A stretch of DNA of 64,000 nucleotides from Sarea resinae (lineage: Eukaryota). Shown piece by piece: positions 1 to 13,446 of this stretch; position 1 is the stretch's first letter, and each line of letters begins with the position of its first letter. The notes beneath the pieces were generated by a model that searched no databases, was not told the DNA's origin, and saw only the letters and a program-made list of their open reading frames with translations. Where the stretch lies: contig JAPEUD010000004.1 of the NCBI GenBank assembly GCA_026026165.1, forward strand, positions 248,001-312,000. The letters are read 5' to 3'. Position numbers and translations under genes: made by a program.

Positions 1-1
1 C

Positions 2-352
2 ATGTCCGCGCGCGTCGGCAGCATCACCGACAACCGGCTGGGCGGCTGGTACGCGTACCGGGTCTCGAAAGCGGGCGTGAACCAGCTGACCAAGACGTTC
101 GACGTCCACCTGCGGAATGTGGCGGGTCCGCGCGCCATGGCCGTGGCGCTGCATCCGGGCACCGTCAAGACGGGGCTCAGTCGGCGGTTCTGGGGCGGGG
201 CGGAACAGAGGGGGCAGTTGAGTGGGGCCGAGGAGGCGGCCGCGAGGTTGGTGGATGTTGTCGAGGGCTTGCGGGAGGCGGGCAGGGAGGGCGGCGTGGA
301 GGGCGCGAGGGGACGGTGTTGGGATTGGAGGGGCGTGGAGGTGCCGCCTTAG
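2..352 (+). CDS. Short-chain dehydrogenase/reductase (CsgA/C-factor-like), C-terminal part; 5' end lies outside the window
   Basis: SARVGSITDNRLGGWYAYRVSKAGVNQL (YxxxK) and ALHPGTVKT motifs. Confidence 0.85.
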   Translation: MSARVGSITDNRLGGWYAYRVSKAGVNQLTKTFDVHLRNVAGPRAMAVALHPGTVKTGLSRRFWGGAEQRGQLSGAEEAAARLVDVVEGLREAGREGGVEGARGRCWDWRGVEVPP

Positions 353-675
353 CTTGTGGATGGGACGAGGGGAGACACTGTATATAGGCGTCCTGTTCGA
401 CCATTGAATCTGGGTATGGAGTGATGATGGTCCTTGATTATTGAGTACAAATTATAGTTTGGGTGTGGGTAATCAAAAGATAGACAAGCCAGACAGACAG
501 ACGCCGTCAGCTATGCATGATGCTTGATTTGAGAAGAAGGAAAAGAAGAAAAAACGAGGACGCCTGAGAAAAGTATAGTATAGGAGCCTTACTTCCAACA
601 CCCCACCAGGCCCATGCAAACGCCAGCGTATCCGCGCTTCAATTGCAATATAAAGATGAAAAGATAATCGCTCAT

Positions 676-2506
676 TCACTTCTTCTCCCTCAGCGCAGGC
701 GGCAAAGCATGCTGTCGATCAGGATAGCTGGCAAAGCCACTCCTCTCATTCAACCTCCTGGCCCGATCTAGCCGTGAAGTAGCAGACGAGAGGCTGGAAG
801 GCAAAGGATCAATGTCCCTCCAACTGCCCCTGCTATGTCTGCCGCCCTCGCCCCACATGCTGACGCGCTGGACCTTGCGCAGCTTGGTGAGGCCGTACGA
901 GCACACCACAACGGAGAAGACGAAGCACCAAGCGGTCACGCCCGCAAAGCCAAAGTCCGACTCTTCGATAAAGTTCTTAAGATTCATGCCGTAGAGACCG
1001 GCGATGAAGGTGCCGCAGCCTATGCCGAGCGTGCCGATGGAGAACTTGAGATCCAGCAACATGAGCGAGTTGCGGTTGGCGTCGAGGATCGCTTTGACAC
1101 TGTTTCGTAGAAATAGGTCAGCAAGACATATTTTCTGGGGGGGATACAATGGTTGGCATAACGGGCTTGAATGAGACGCACATTTCTTCCGTGTTCCGTA
1201 TGTTAGAGACCAAATTGCCCGAAGCTTGAACGATCTCGTCGCATACTTTATGGTAACTCTCGAGCAGCATCTCGACTTCGGTATGGTCGTCCTCCTCCCT
1301 TTCGATGCCTTTCTTCTTCTCCGTCAAATACATGGCCGAAAGGTCGTCGTCCGCATCCAAAAGATCGTCAATAGCATCCCGCACCAATCGAGCTTTCTGC
1401 TCAAAAGTCCCCAGTTTCTTAGAATAGATTAGTAGATACCGCAACTTGTCTCGATCGATATCCTCTTCGAGTTCCCGCAGCACTCGAACAACCGGATCTC
1501 TTACCCCCTCAAATTCTCCCTCTAATCCTGTCGTGGCGCTAATGAGGACTGCTTCGAGAGCCCGAAATTCATAAGGTAAGCCTCCGCTCTGGCGCGAACC
1601 TTCTCGCTGCCGCAGCTTCCCCTCCAGATCATACATGAAGACCGACTGGGTATATGAGTCCGTGGAGCCGTAGGCATCGAAAACGAGGACACGATTGTGC
1701 TTTATCAATACTCGAAGGTGGACGAGGTTGATGAGAATGGCCGAAGGACGAATGAGAATAAGCGGCAACGCCGAGGAGTCGATCTTTCGGAGATCACGAG
1801 GCAAAAGGCCGTACTAGAACTGTCAGCAAAAGCATCTTGGGTTCTTGAGCTGGATGTGGCAGACCTTCGCAATCAGCTCGCTTTTCTTGAATTCGCCGTT
1901 CACCAGAGTAACGTTTCCGTTTTCGTCAAATTCCGTACAGCGAAGTCGTACCTCATTCGAGGGTTTGCCGGCCAGGCCGCGCCCCAGATTGAACATGGAA
2001 CTCTCGGCGCTATCATCCAAGAAGCTACTCAATGGTGGAAGATCGTCTGGCTTCAGCGCCTTCTCGCCCTTTCGTTGCTTCATACGCCAAAATCTAGCAA
2101 GCCAAGTTTGGCTATCCGTGGATGCATTTCTAAAGAGATGAGCCGCAAAGGGGTTGCTGGCCGAGGAACTAGACAGCGTATGTCGAGCCAGATGAGGCGA
2201 TTGCGGCATTGAGCAGGGCGAATCGCGCTTCGAGCGTGGCCAAAGGTAGTCCAGATTCAGGAAAGAAGCTTCCAAGGGCGACGGTGAAAACCCAGCTGGA
2301 GGCAAAACCATATTTGTCATTGACGACATGGGCCTCCTCCGGTGGCTCCAGCTAGACTGGCCGTGCTGCTGTGCAGTTGCCGTCTGGAGGCAAAGGCTAG
2401 CCTTCGCATTCGAAGTGAAGAAACAGACATCTTCTGCTTGGGACTTGAGGAACCTCAACAGAGTCGACGATGGCGCGCATGCCTTGAGATGGGGACTAGC
2501 CCTCAT
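676..2506 (-). CDS. MRS2: Mitochondrial inner-membrane Mg2+ transporter, CorA/Mrs2/Lpe10 family (3 exons)
   Basis: LRCTEFD..G, PRDLRKID, LPYEFRALE, LDANRNSLM and the YGMN signature followed by a TM helix; N-terminus resembles a presequence. Introns near 1823-1864 and 1110-1181. Start codon approximate. Confidence 0.9.
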
Positions 2507-3025
2507 ATCTTCGCAACGTCGAGTAGCTGGTATGATTTGATGCTCTCGAACTGGCAAAGCTCATCCTTTCAGGTTGGCGATGTTGATCCTCTGGGGAAGT
2601 TTGGGGTCTTCTCGGCAAATTTGCTACGACGCCGGGGTACGACACTACTATCAAGTATTACTTCTTACAAATATACCATCAGGACGTATGGCACCTGGGC
2701 ATTTTGATAATATTTTCACCGCACTATCGACCAGCTCTTGACCGGACGTCTATTTCCGTCCAATTGTAATGCATTAATAGTAAGGGCTAATGTCAAGATA
2801 TTAAAAGTTTGCAGAGGGACCGCCAGAGCTTCGCTGCGCCAAAGGCGACGAGAAACACAGCTATCCATAGTAGACAGTGAGCAAGCAGAATGAGACGCTA
2901 TCAAATAAGGCTCGCAGAGGATGCTCGAGGAATCTTCAAGTATGCTTGACCATAGCAGCAAAGCTCTCGATTCAACGGACGTGGCGGCGTATATCAAGCC
3001 AAGCCTTCCTCTGTTAGAGCGTTGT

Positions 3026-5237
3026 TTACCAGTCATCGTTCTCATCTTCATCATCTGTGATATCGCAACGTCAATAGATGCACATCGTTTAAGGGTCCAC
3101 GAGTACATACCACTCTGGCTAACTTTGGCTTTCCGTTTATTTAGTGCCGCTTGAAGTGCTCCAGCTAGACCGCCCTCGGCACCAGCGCCTTGACCAGGTG
3201 ACCCGGCACTTCCGCCTGTCGGTGTATCACTTGATCCACCTGGAACAATAGCCGCGCTCCGATCCTTCTTTTCCTTATCACTAACCTTTTTCAAACGCCC
3301 ACCACCGACACCGCCAGTAGACCTGATGGAGGCTAGCACATCTTCTCTGGCTCCTGCAGGCTTGGGAAGCGGAGGTGCAGAGCCAGCGTTGTGACCCGGG
3401 GGCAGTGGCGGAGGCCCACCCCCTGGTGGAAGTGGCGGCGGCAGTGGTGCTCCGCTGGATGGCAGCGGAGGAGCAGGTGGAGCGGGTGGAGCGGGTGGAG
3501 CGCCACCAGAAGGAAGCGGCGGTGGAGGAGGTGCTCTACCTGATGGTAAAGGTGGCGGGGGAGGCGCACTGCTTGACGGAAGAGGAGGCGGAGGCGGAGC
3601 ACTGCTTGAAGGCAGTGGAGGTGGCGGAGGCGCATTGCTCGATGGAAGTGGTGGGGGGGGAGGTGCTCCGGAAGACGGAGGCGGTGGAGGTGGAGGTGGA
3701 GGTGTCGAAGCGACCGGAGGTAGAGGAATTGGCCGAGACTGGTTAGGCATAGGAGGCGGCGGCGGCGGATGAGCAGAGGGCGCTGGCTCATTTGGAGCCT
3801 TAGGTGGCAGAGGCGGTGGCATCATATGTGCCACGGCGTGAGGTGTATGATTTTCCCTCGCGGGAGGCGGGGGTGGCACTGGCCCTCTGCTAGGAGGCGG
3901 GGGAGGACGCACACCTTGGAATGGAGGTGGAACACCAAACCCTGGTCGCGACTGGCTGGAATCATCGAGAGGAGCTTTGGGGGGCCGTGGAGGCGGTGCA
4001 GGGCCGGGATTAGCAAGCTCGACATTCGATACCGCCCGCGGCCTCCGGGACAAAGGTCCATTGGTGTTGGCATATTTTCCTGCGTCTGGAAGGGGCGGCG
4101 GCGCAGCAAAGCGAGGTCCGGCCGGGGGGGTGGGTTCCCTTGGTGGGGATGGAGACCTAGGTGGTGATACAGGCGGCTGAGGTGGTGATGGTGCAGGGTG
4201 GCTATCTGGGCGGGTCCTACGAGCTGGCGGTGGGGCAGGTGGAGGACCTCTCTTAGTGGATGTGCTACTACCAGTATTTTGAGGGCTGATAGATGCCATT
4301 CTTCCTATCCCAGGAGGAGCACTGGCTGGTGGCGGAGGCGGTGGGGCCTTTCCACGACGGTCGGTGCCTTCACTAACATCTGTGCCATTCCCATTCTTCT
4401 CAGATTCCTTCTTTGCATCAATGTAAGCTTTGATGAAGTCGGCATTTTGCTCGATCTGATCTTCCGAGATTCCCATCCCAAGTAGTTCCTGGAGGATCCC
4501 TTGCCAGGACGGATCGCTTTTGTCGATCGGAGACCCACCCCTAGCGGGAGCGATAGGAGAAGTATAGGAGGAATGCTTGGGAGGTATGATCGACTGTGGT
4601 GGAGGCTGGTGCTGAGCTGACGACGATCGATGAGGATGAAGCAAACTTCCAAACCCTCCGAGGCGGCTATGGCTCTTGCTATTTGTCAATTGCCCACCGG
4701 TCGAGCCTTGTCCGGCGTTGCCGAAGGGGGTATATCTGGTGGCTTTGCTGGCATTCTTCTCGCGCTCATCCATCTTCTTCTTGAATTGCTTTGCCTCTTT
4801 CTCGTCTGCAAAGGAAAGCCCTGCGAGGCAATTCTCTAATTCGAATGTATGGAAGAAAGTCCTATCTTGATTGTACGAGAAGTTCTCATAAATTTCCTGG
4901 TCCCAGATTACTCCCCTATTAGAAGGCTGCATAACGTATTAGCAAGTGACCCGAGAAAGCTAGAAGACTCAATCGTATGTATCGATAGGATGATTCGAAG
5001 GTGCCACAAGATTGCAGGAAATCATACCGAAGTGTCTACCATCTTGAGCCAAAATGTATTACCAACCAAGTCGTTGGCCAGTACGGCTGCTCCTACCAAG
5101 CCCGTGTCCGTCCATCGGTGCCGATTAGGATAGGCAACATAGAGTCTCGCCACTGCCACCGCATGGATTTTGTTGGCCGGTTTAGGGACATGCCTCCTTA
5201 CGGTCTCTTTATCATCAACGGAGAGTATTGAAGGCAT
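3026..5237 (-). CDS. LAS17: WASP homolog, Arp2/3 activator (Las17/Wsp1), 3 exons
   Basis: WH1 domain (AVARLYVAYP, WDQEIY, TFFHTFE), long polyproline tracts, WH2 (LASIR..GG..LKKV), LAGALQAALNKRK, and an acidic last exon DDEDENDDW* after a GT..AG intron. Confidence 0.93.
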
Positions 5238-6485
5238 TGTGTCGGTTAATCGATACGGAATATCTCAGGTAGCTGGCATTCGGTGGGCAGTATGTGCAGA
5301 TCAATCCGATTCAGGAAGATCCAAGAGCCGCCAGGTCGCGTGTGTAATGATGGGAGAAGTAGGATCGCAGGCAATGGCGAAGTGGGTGGAGGCAGCAGTA
5401 GGAATTTGAATGGTGCCTGATAAGGCAGTTAAGTCACGGATGCTGAACCGTGAGGAAGAGGAGAGCTGATCAAGCGAACGAGGGCACAGTCGTGTCTGGG
5501 ACCGAGTGCGAAGCTGGCATCGAATGAAGCCAAACAGTGATGCTGTGGATATCCGTGATAGCGGGGGAATGAGTGTAATGCCGGTAAGCTTGCGGGATGT
5601 ATGGCGGCCTCTCACGGGAATATGATTGTGATGATAGAGAGGCTCCTCACGCTCACCTTGTCCCCAAAGTCACTTGACGGGACGGGACAGACTGCACAGG
5701 TTGCCCAAGATGTACGAAGTACGAAGTACCTACTTCTGATCCTGTACGCAGTACCGAGGAGCCTCTCCGAATGCATAGGTCGATTCATTAGCTCTCTCTA
5801 CTCCGGAGTATGCTTGTGAAGAGGTCATTGTTCATAACCTACTGCCTATTCGGTAATCCATGGATCAGTACTTGGTAAGGTGGATTTCTCGGAACTTCAA
5901 ATGAGGTCAGACTCTCAGATGAGAACAATCATCTCCTCGCGAGTAGCTGGCAGCTTACTGCCGCCTGGCAAGATTAAGGTCGCCGCGTGGAAGGCGGATT
6001 CCAAAGATCAAGGGACAAGACCAGGGGAAATTGGCATTCAGTAGAGCATACAATATTGTATGCCATCCGTGATGCATATGAAATATCTTCAGTGACATCC
6101 TCTTCATGAAGACCGAATGGCCACTGAAAATCCCATTGCTGACCGCGGGAAGTAAATCCTGGAAACGTGGTTCCCACGTCGCATTACAGCATGTGATCCA
6201 TGGATGTCTTAATCTTTTCTTTCCGTGCAAGTTTCGGTCGATTCATCCATGGTATTAAACCGCCGCGGTTGAACCCGAGAAGCGACGTCATCAGGCCATA
6301 CCTGAGGACGTAATACCCTACCTACCTCATACGCATTCAGGCTGGGGTCCAGCTACCTACAGTATCTTATCCCTTCCGTTCCTTCTGACGGCTTTCGTTT
6401 ACTCCTCATCCTACTTGAAGCAACTTTCTTTACCCCTCTTCACCACCAGTCACCAATAAATTCGAGAAATAGTACTACCATCAAG

Positions 6486-6844
6486 ATGCCTTCCGAAGAC
6501 AACACCAGCACCGGAGGTGGTATCACCGAACAGAGTGCGTTTTTAGGTCCTATGTACCGCTAGTTCTACAGAATTTCACTGACCAGATTTCTCTTCAAAG
6601 TTGCAAAGAACCCATCTTCCAACACTGGGTCCACAGCCAGTGGTCATGACCTACATAAAGATGACTATTCGTCCGGAAAAGCCAAGGCGCAAGATTTCAA
6701 GGCTACTCCTGGACCGGTAAACGGCTTTCTTCCATTTGCTGGATAAGGGCGGCTGACAAGGAACAGGCAATTCCACAGGGAGACCTCCCACCAAAGGCTT
6801 CAAAGGAAGAGTTGAAGGCGAGGAGCCAAGAGCTGAACCAGTAA
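6486..6844 (+). CDS. Small hydrophilic protein of unknown function (~80 aa, 3 exons); absent from the ORF track
   Basis: ATG at 6486; introns 6535-6600 (GTGCGT..CTGAC..AAG) and 6717-6766 (GTAAAC..CTGAC..CAG). The spliced frame is open: MPSEDNTSTGGGITEQIAKNPSS...KAQDFKATPGPAIPQGDLPPKASKEELKARSQELNQ*. Confidence 0.8.
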
Positions 6845-7314
6845 ACATGCGCTGCGGTACTCGAGATGATCTACCAGATCTCAGTCATGATACGCTGGCG
6901 CTTTTAGTACCTCGAAATATATGATTTTCTAGCTATATCTGACGGAAATCGAATACACTTGTCGTCGAGATTATAAAAGCTTGATGGCTTAGGGACATTT
7001 GTAGTAGTTGATGCAGAATGAGGTGAATATCTTGCCCGATATGAGATAGACTAGAGGCTTTACTGCGTACTAGAAGGTGATGGATGATCGCGTCACCCCG
7101 CAGCGTGAGGTGCCGCGTTAATCTAATCAAAGATCCATCAATAAGGTAGCTACGCACGAGTAGATCTCACCAATTGGTTACATAGATGACTTAGTAAGCA
7201 CCATACAATGATCGTCGACAGCTGGAGTAACCTGGGAGCCTCATGCTAACAGCGACAACATTTCTCAATATTTTCCATGCCGTGAGGAGAGAAAATTAGT
7301 CGGAAGGGCACCAA

Positions 7315-10300
7315 ATGCCAGCAGAAGATGAAAAGAATCTGGTGAAGCTTACTTTGCCTCTTGTAATTGACCCTGCCCCTTGACCATCTTCAATAGACAC
7401 GTCCTGACATCCTGTTGCAGGCTTACCAGCAAGACATATTCAACGAGCTGCGCTCTGAAGATGAACTCGTCATCCTAGCACGCGGATTGGGGCTTCTTCA
7501 AGTGGTCACTAACCTTCTGCACTCCTACGATGCCGCCGGTGCGAATTTGATCGTCGTTGTGGGGCTTACAGAGCGTGAGAATGGTTGGGTCGGAGAGGCC
7601 CTTGCAGAGCATGCTGCTATCAGCATGTCTCCTATGGCCAGAGGGATCAAACTGGTCAACACAGACGTAATGAGTGTTGGGACGAGGTATGCTCCAGAGG
7701 GCAGACGATTTATATTGGGCGGACGACTGAATTTAAGTAGAGAAAAATTGTACTCTCAGGGAGGCATATTCAGCATAACGTCGCGAATACTTGTCGTGGA
7801 CCTGCTCACCAGTAGGAAGATATCATGCTTACGATATTGAAATTTTCTGACTCACTCGGAATAGGCCTACTCAATCCAGAGACTATCACAGGCATGATAG
7901 TGCTGCATGCCGAGAAGTAGCCCGCCTTTTGCAATCTGGCTGGAGCATATGCTGATCTACGGCCTAGTGTTATCGCAACTTCCCTCGAAGCTTTTATCAT
8001 TCGCATATACCGGCAACGTAATAAAGTCGGCTTTCTTAAAGCATTCTCTGATAGTCCTGAGCCCTTCACAACTGGATTTGCGCCCCTGGCGACCATGATG
8101 CGGAACCTCTTCCTTCGATCGCCTTCGTTGTGGCCCCGATTCCACGTCACCGTTGCAAAATCACTCGAAGGCCGGAAGAAAGCGGAAGTGATTGAGCTTG
8201 AAGTTCCAATGACCGAAAGCATGCGGGACATCCAAAACGCTATATTGGAGTGTGTCGAGGTCAGCATAGGAGAGCTCAAAAAGGCCAATACTGGGCTGGA
8301 AATGGATGATTGGAATGTGGATAGTGCCCTACATAAGAGCTTCGATATAATAGTCCGGAGACAGCTTGACCCTGTCTGGCATCGAGTCAGCTGGAGAACA
8401 AAACAGATCGTCAATGACCTGACTGTCCTCCGTACCATGCTCCAGTAAGTAGTGTAAAGTCGGAAGTTTGTTTCGAGACCCACTGACAGGATTCAGCTCG
8501 CTCCTCACGTACGATGCTGTCTCGTTTGCTAGATTTCTCGATACAATTCTCGCTGCTCACTCACCACCCCCGGGCTCTACTCGCCAGAATCAGTCACCAT
8601 GGCTTTTCTTAGATGCTGCGCATACAATCTTTGAGAATGCCAGACGCCGTGTATACGCGGGCAAAGCTACTGAGAACGACTCTGCGACATCGGAATCTAT
8701 GATCGATTCGCTACGACCTGTGCTGGAGGAGCAACCTAAGTGGGGCATCCTCGCAGAAGTCCTTGAAGAGATTGAACGGGATGTCTACCTCAATCCAACA
8801 CTCAACGACGGTTCCAATGGTACTATCTTGATCATGTGTACCGATCAGGGCACTTGTCGTCAACTCCGGGATTATCTACAAGATATGCATGTAAAACCAG
8901 AGAAAGGCGCTGATGAGGAAGAGGAATACGATACTGATCCTAAGCCGTCCGCTGCTTTCATGATGAGGCGAAAGCTTCGAAACTACCTCAACTGGAAGAA
9001 GACATTCTCCAAAGTCAGTGCTTCTCTTTTTGCAGAGAACCAAAAGGCCTTAAATAGTGCTACGGATCAGAGGGGAGGACAGGCCGGGTACAGGGCAAAA
9101 GGGCCCCCGAACAAGAGACGTAGAGTGCGGGGAGGTGCAGCCTCTGCATCCAATTCGACACGTACAGCCAATGGCAGCGTGAACATGGTCGACGATAAGG
9201 CATCGCACATCGCCGGGCTCTTGGCTGAAATCCGGCCAACTGAGAACGAGGCAGGGCAGAAGCCGGATGTCGCTACGGACCTTCTCGACGACGAAGAGGA
9301 ATTCTTCGAGGTCTACGAGATGAACAATGTCATGATTGTGCATCCGTACGATGGTGATATGGATGAGCACGTGTTGGAAGAGGTCAAGCCACGATACGTC
9401 ATCATGTACGAGCCAGATGCAGCCTTTATCCGTCGTGTGGAAGTCTATCGCAGCTCCCACAACGATAGAAACGTCCGGGTCTATTTCATGTATTACGGTG
9501 GCTCCGTTGAAGAGCAGAGGTATCTGAGCGCCGTACGTCGAGAAAAAGACGCTTTTACGAAGCTCATTAAAGAAAAGGCCGTGCGTGTCCCCTCTCTCCT
9601 CTCTCCCCCCATATATCCTATCCCACGTTGGAGCTCCACATTGACTCTGCACATAGAACATGGCCGTCACTCTCACACTCGACGGCCGAGGCGTTGAAGA
9701 TCCTCAGGAGCAGTTCCTCCGCACAGTCAACACGCGTATCGCAGGCGGAGGCCGACTAGCCGCAACGGCGGAGCCGCCACGCGTGGTCGTCGACGTGCGG
9801 GAATTCCGCAGTTCGCTCCCGTCGCTCCTACACGGCCGCAACATGGTGATCGTGCCGTGTATGCTAACCGTGGGCGACTACGTGCTGAGTCCGAACATCT
9901 GCGTAGAGCGCAAATCGATCAAAGATCTGATCTCGAGCTTCAAGGACGGCCGACTGTATAACCAGGCTGAGACCATGCTGTTGCATTATAAAAACCCCAT
10001 GCTGCTGATCGAGTTTGATCAAAATAAGAGTTTTACCCTCGAGGTTCGTTCATTCGGAGACTTATTCCCTTCGTCTCATTTGAATTACCGCTTTCGATTA
10101 CCCTCCCTCCTTGTATGCGAATGGGAGATCCGCAAATTTAGAAGCAAAGCTAACACTGCCGTCACAGCCCTTTGCCGACCTCTCCCATCCAACCTCCGCA
10201 GCGCCCACCTCGACGCCCTCAGACCTACACACGAAACTCGTGCTCCTCACGCTCGCCTTTCCCCGCCTAAAGACAATCTGGTCCTCGTCGCCCTACCAAA

Positions 10301-10599
10301 CGGCCGAGATCTTCGAGGAGCTGAAGAAGTCACAAGACGAGCCGGATCCGATCCGCGCCGTGCAGCTGGGCCTCGACGCCGGCGAAGACCCCGCCGATCA
10401 GAGCTTCAATCAAATCCCCCAGGACATGCTCAGGGCTGTACCGGGCGTCACGGAGAAGAACCTCGCCCGGTTGATCCTGGAAGTCGGCAGTCTGGCTGAC
10501 TTGGCGGAGATGGAGGAGGAGGCGATTGCGCGGCTGGTTGGGAAGGAGGCTGGGAGGCAGATTTGGCGCTTTTTCAATAGGAATGTTCTGGACGGGTAA
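7315..10599 (+). CDS. RAD1: DNA repair endonuclease XPF/Rad1 (ERCC4 family), multi-exon
   Basis: Helicase-like N-terminus (SITSRILVVDLL, FLKAFSDSPE), ERCC4 nuclease motifs VDVREFRSSLP and GDYVLSP..CVERKS, and C-terminal HhH (MLRAVPGV). Canonical GT..AG introns join the ORF fragments. Confidence 0.95.
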
Positions 10600-10639
10600 T
10601 GACAATCTCGTAGCACGAATTGCACGTACGATTTCTTGG

Positions 10640-10676
10640 CGGTTACGGTTACGGTTACGGTTACGGTCAAGGTTAC
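10640..10676 (+). repeat. (GGTTAC)n microsatellite downstream of RAD1
   Basis: ggttacggttacggttacggttacggtcaaggttac read directly. Confidence 0.85.
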
Positions 10677-11213
10677 AATCCGAGCCACGGTCCAAAAGAC
10701 CTACCGGACTCTTCACGAAGATACGAGCTGTATGCGGCGAATCTTGACGGAGTTATATAGATAGCTAGGTAATCATCTTTTTCTATTCGTAATGCATTAT
10801 GGAGACGGAGACGCAAGGGTGGTGTTTTTAGTCATGACGTGCCCATTGCGGCAACCCCCATAAATCAAAAGCACAAGAAACGCCGTGCCTGATGAGATGG
10901 ACAGAAAGATAGGTAGAAATTGACCGCTCGTCTCCCCAACATCTTCCTTATACCCACTACCACTCGCTACCTATCTTACGTCTTAGCTGCACGCCCGCTC
11001 GCCTGGCCGTACGCCCCGCTTCATGGCTGCTTCTGAACTCAGACCACTTCGGCGTCTGTAATATCCTTGGCACGCTGCCGAGAAGCTGGTCCATTCGAGC
11101 CGCGAATGTCGTGACGCTTTATGTGACGGAAAGGTGGCATTGTCGATAGGTCCCGGGAAATCGAAAGTTGGGCAAGGAAGAAAGGAAAGGGTGTGAGATG
11201 TGGGTTGGTTTGC

Positions 11214-11937
11214 TTAGATCTCGTCGACGTCAATTTCCTTGTCACTCTCGTCGCGATCCTCGTCAAACTCGAAGTTGCAGTCATCGGCACCCTCGTGGCC
11301 GTACCTGCACAAGTGCGTCAGCCAAAAGAACATAACCGCCACAACGTTGAGATAGAGAAGAGAGTGAGAAGCATACGTATCCGTCTCGTTGATCTTGGCC
11401 GTCTCAGGCAGCTCGCCATACGCCTTCAAGCTCCTGGCCTCGTCGGCCGAGTACTTGAGGATGACGTCGCCCTTCTCGTCTTGGTAGTCGCGTAGCGATA
11501 GCAAGATGATGTCGCCTTGGTTGATCCAGACCTTCTTACGCAATTTGCCGCGAATGTGGGCGAGGCGCTTCTCGCCGTCGAAGCAAAGCGCTTCGAGACG
11601 ACCGTTGCCGAGCATTTTGACGACTTGAGCATATTCTGTAGGGTCTTGTAAGAATTTCGAAACAGGAAAACGATTTGGATTCAATCGGAGTGTATTTTGG
11701 AGGAAGGGTTTGGGGAAATGGCGGGGTTGAAGAGCATGTGACGCACCTTGGCCTTCTTCCTTGAAGGTCAACTCGCGCTTCTCGTTGTCGTTCTCGTTCT
11801 TGCCTCTACGTCGATTCTTGCCTCCCTGCACGTTTGGAGAAATGTCAGCGCTGCTCAAGACTTGCCATGTCATGTCATGCGAAAAAGAGAGAAAGAAAGA
11901 GAGGGGAAGGTCGTACTTTGCCCTTATTCTTAGGCAT
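11214..11937 (-). CDS. TIF11: Translation initiation factor eIF1A (4 exons)
   Basis: [46 protein letters not shown], acidic tail EIDVDEI*. Confidence 0.97.
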
Positions 11938-12513
11938 ATTTGCTTCTTATCCTTGGTGTGTTCGTTGATCAGGGGCGAGGACGAGTCGGGGAAGAGGTTC
12001 TGGAAGAGGTTGTTTTCTCAAGTTGAGGTTGTTGAAATTGAATGAGATGGGGGATCAGACGCTGGAAGTGATTTCAATCGTCACCCAGTCGGTTGGCTCT
12101 GGTCGAGAGGTGGTGGTGGGGCGAGATACTTGGGGATGGTATGGGAGATGGCGGGGGCCCACAGGTATCTTTCGATACAAGAATGGTCTGTGGTATCTTT
12201 GTCCGTAGTGGGGAACGAGTCGGCGAGAGACGAGACGGTCAAGCTGGATCGGGTTTAGCGTCGGCGGGAGCGAAAGACTCAGGTCTCTACTCTACGCAGT
12301 ACGCAGTGACGATACGGTAGGGCTTGCCGCTACCCTACAGTACTGTCCTCAGTCTTCCGCCATCACTTTACTCGGTCAGTCTCCGTGAACAATCTCGCAT
12401 TGATGCCTCTCCCGTCCCGACCCAGCAATCTAATAGTCATGGCGAGCAAGCAGACCCGTTGACAGCCATGCTCCTATCCTCAGCATCGCACTCCTTTGAG
12501 CGGCCTCACAACG

Positions 12514-13131
12514 ATGGCTGTCCCAAGCACTGTTAGAATCGCCAAGCCCAGTTCCTTCAGAGGAATCGAGATTCCGGGTGTCACCATCTTCCAGGCTCAG
12601 TTCTGTCCAGAGCAACGGCCGGCGCTTGCGTCGATGCCCATGCTTTCGAACCCGCTGCATCCCCTGTACCCGGTAGTGAAGCGCAGATACGACGCCCGCG
12701 ACCCCAATAGCCTCTGGTGGAACGTCTACACCAATATCGCCGTCTCCCCCAAGCGCGTGGTGCGGTCGTGGTTGAACCGCCGCACCAAGAATGCCATTGT
12801 CGAAGCCCTGAAGGTCCGGGGCTATGATGCGGATGGCAGGTCGATCTCAGGGGAAGATGTTGGGACGAGCAATCTCAGAGGGAGCATGAACATCCTGACG
12901 AAGCTGCCCATGATCGTTGCTGACTTTGAGACGGTCAAGGAGCAGGCAGGCCAGGTGATCGACCGAGTCCAGCAGTTGAATGCTCAGATGGGTGATCGAA
13001 GAAAGTCTGGCGCTACGTTCCAGACGCCTGAGAGTCAAAGCCAGCCTCTGCCATCAAGACGGTGGACGACGAGTAAGCCCAAGGGCAGTCCGAAGAGTCA
13101 ACAGTCTCAGCGGAAATCCAATCGACCGTGA
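12514..13131 (+). CDS. Hypothetical basic protein, possibly with an RnpA (RNase P protein)-like fold
   Basis: Intronless ~205-aa ORF, divergent from eIF1A, containing LWWNV...SPKRVVRSWLNRRTKNAIVEAL...LRGSMNIL. The fold is inferred, not demonstrated. Confidence 0.7.
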   Translation: MAVPSTVRIAKPSSFRGIEIPGVTIFQAQFCPEQRPALASMPMLSNPLHPLYPVVKRRYDARDPNSLWWNVYTNIAVSPKRVVRSWLNRRTKNAIVEALKVRGYDADGRSISGEDVGTSNLRGSMNILTKLPMIVADFETVKEQAGQVIDRVQQLNAQMGDRRKSGATFQTPESQSQPLPSRRWTTSKPKGSPKSQQSQRKSNRP

Positions 13132-13446
13132 TATCGAATTGCATAGATATAAAGTTCGAAAATCCAAAAAAAATCCAAAAGCCAAAAAATCCAAAAGTAA
13201 ACATGCCTGACATATGATGATGATGCGCATTGGGCGACGTTCCATTGAATATTGCTTGCGTATGCGTACCTGTACCGGGGTTCTTGCTTGTACGCTGCAT
13301 TCCACGCTCAGCACATGTAGAGTGACATGCATCCATGTCGGGAATCTCCGTGGACGCAGTACTGCCGCGATCAACACCAAAGACCATCCTCATCCTCATT
13401 CATCTCAACTCCCTTGATCCTCACGCACCCCATACAAACCGCCACG

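Noticed and set aside
2921..4870. Antisense and alternate-frame ORFs over LAS17 (and similar ones over other genes)
   Set aside because: Explained as shadow ORFs of GC-rich coding sequence.
10640..10676. (GGTTAC)n as an interstitial telomere
   Set aside because: Differs from TTAGGG and has only about 5 units.
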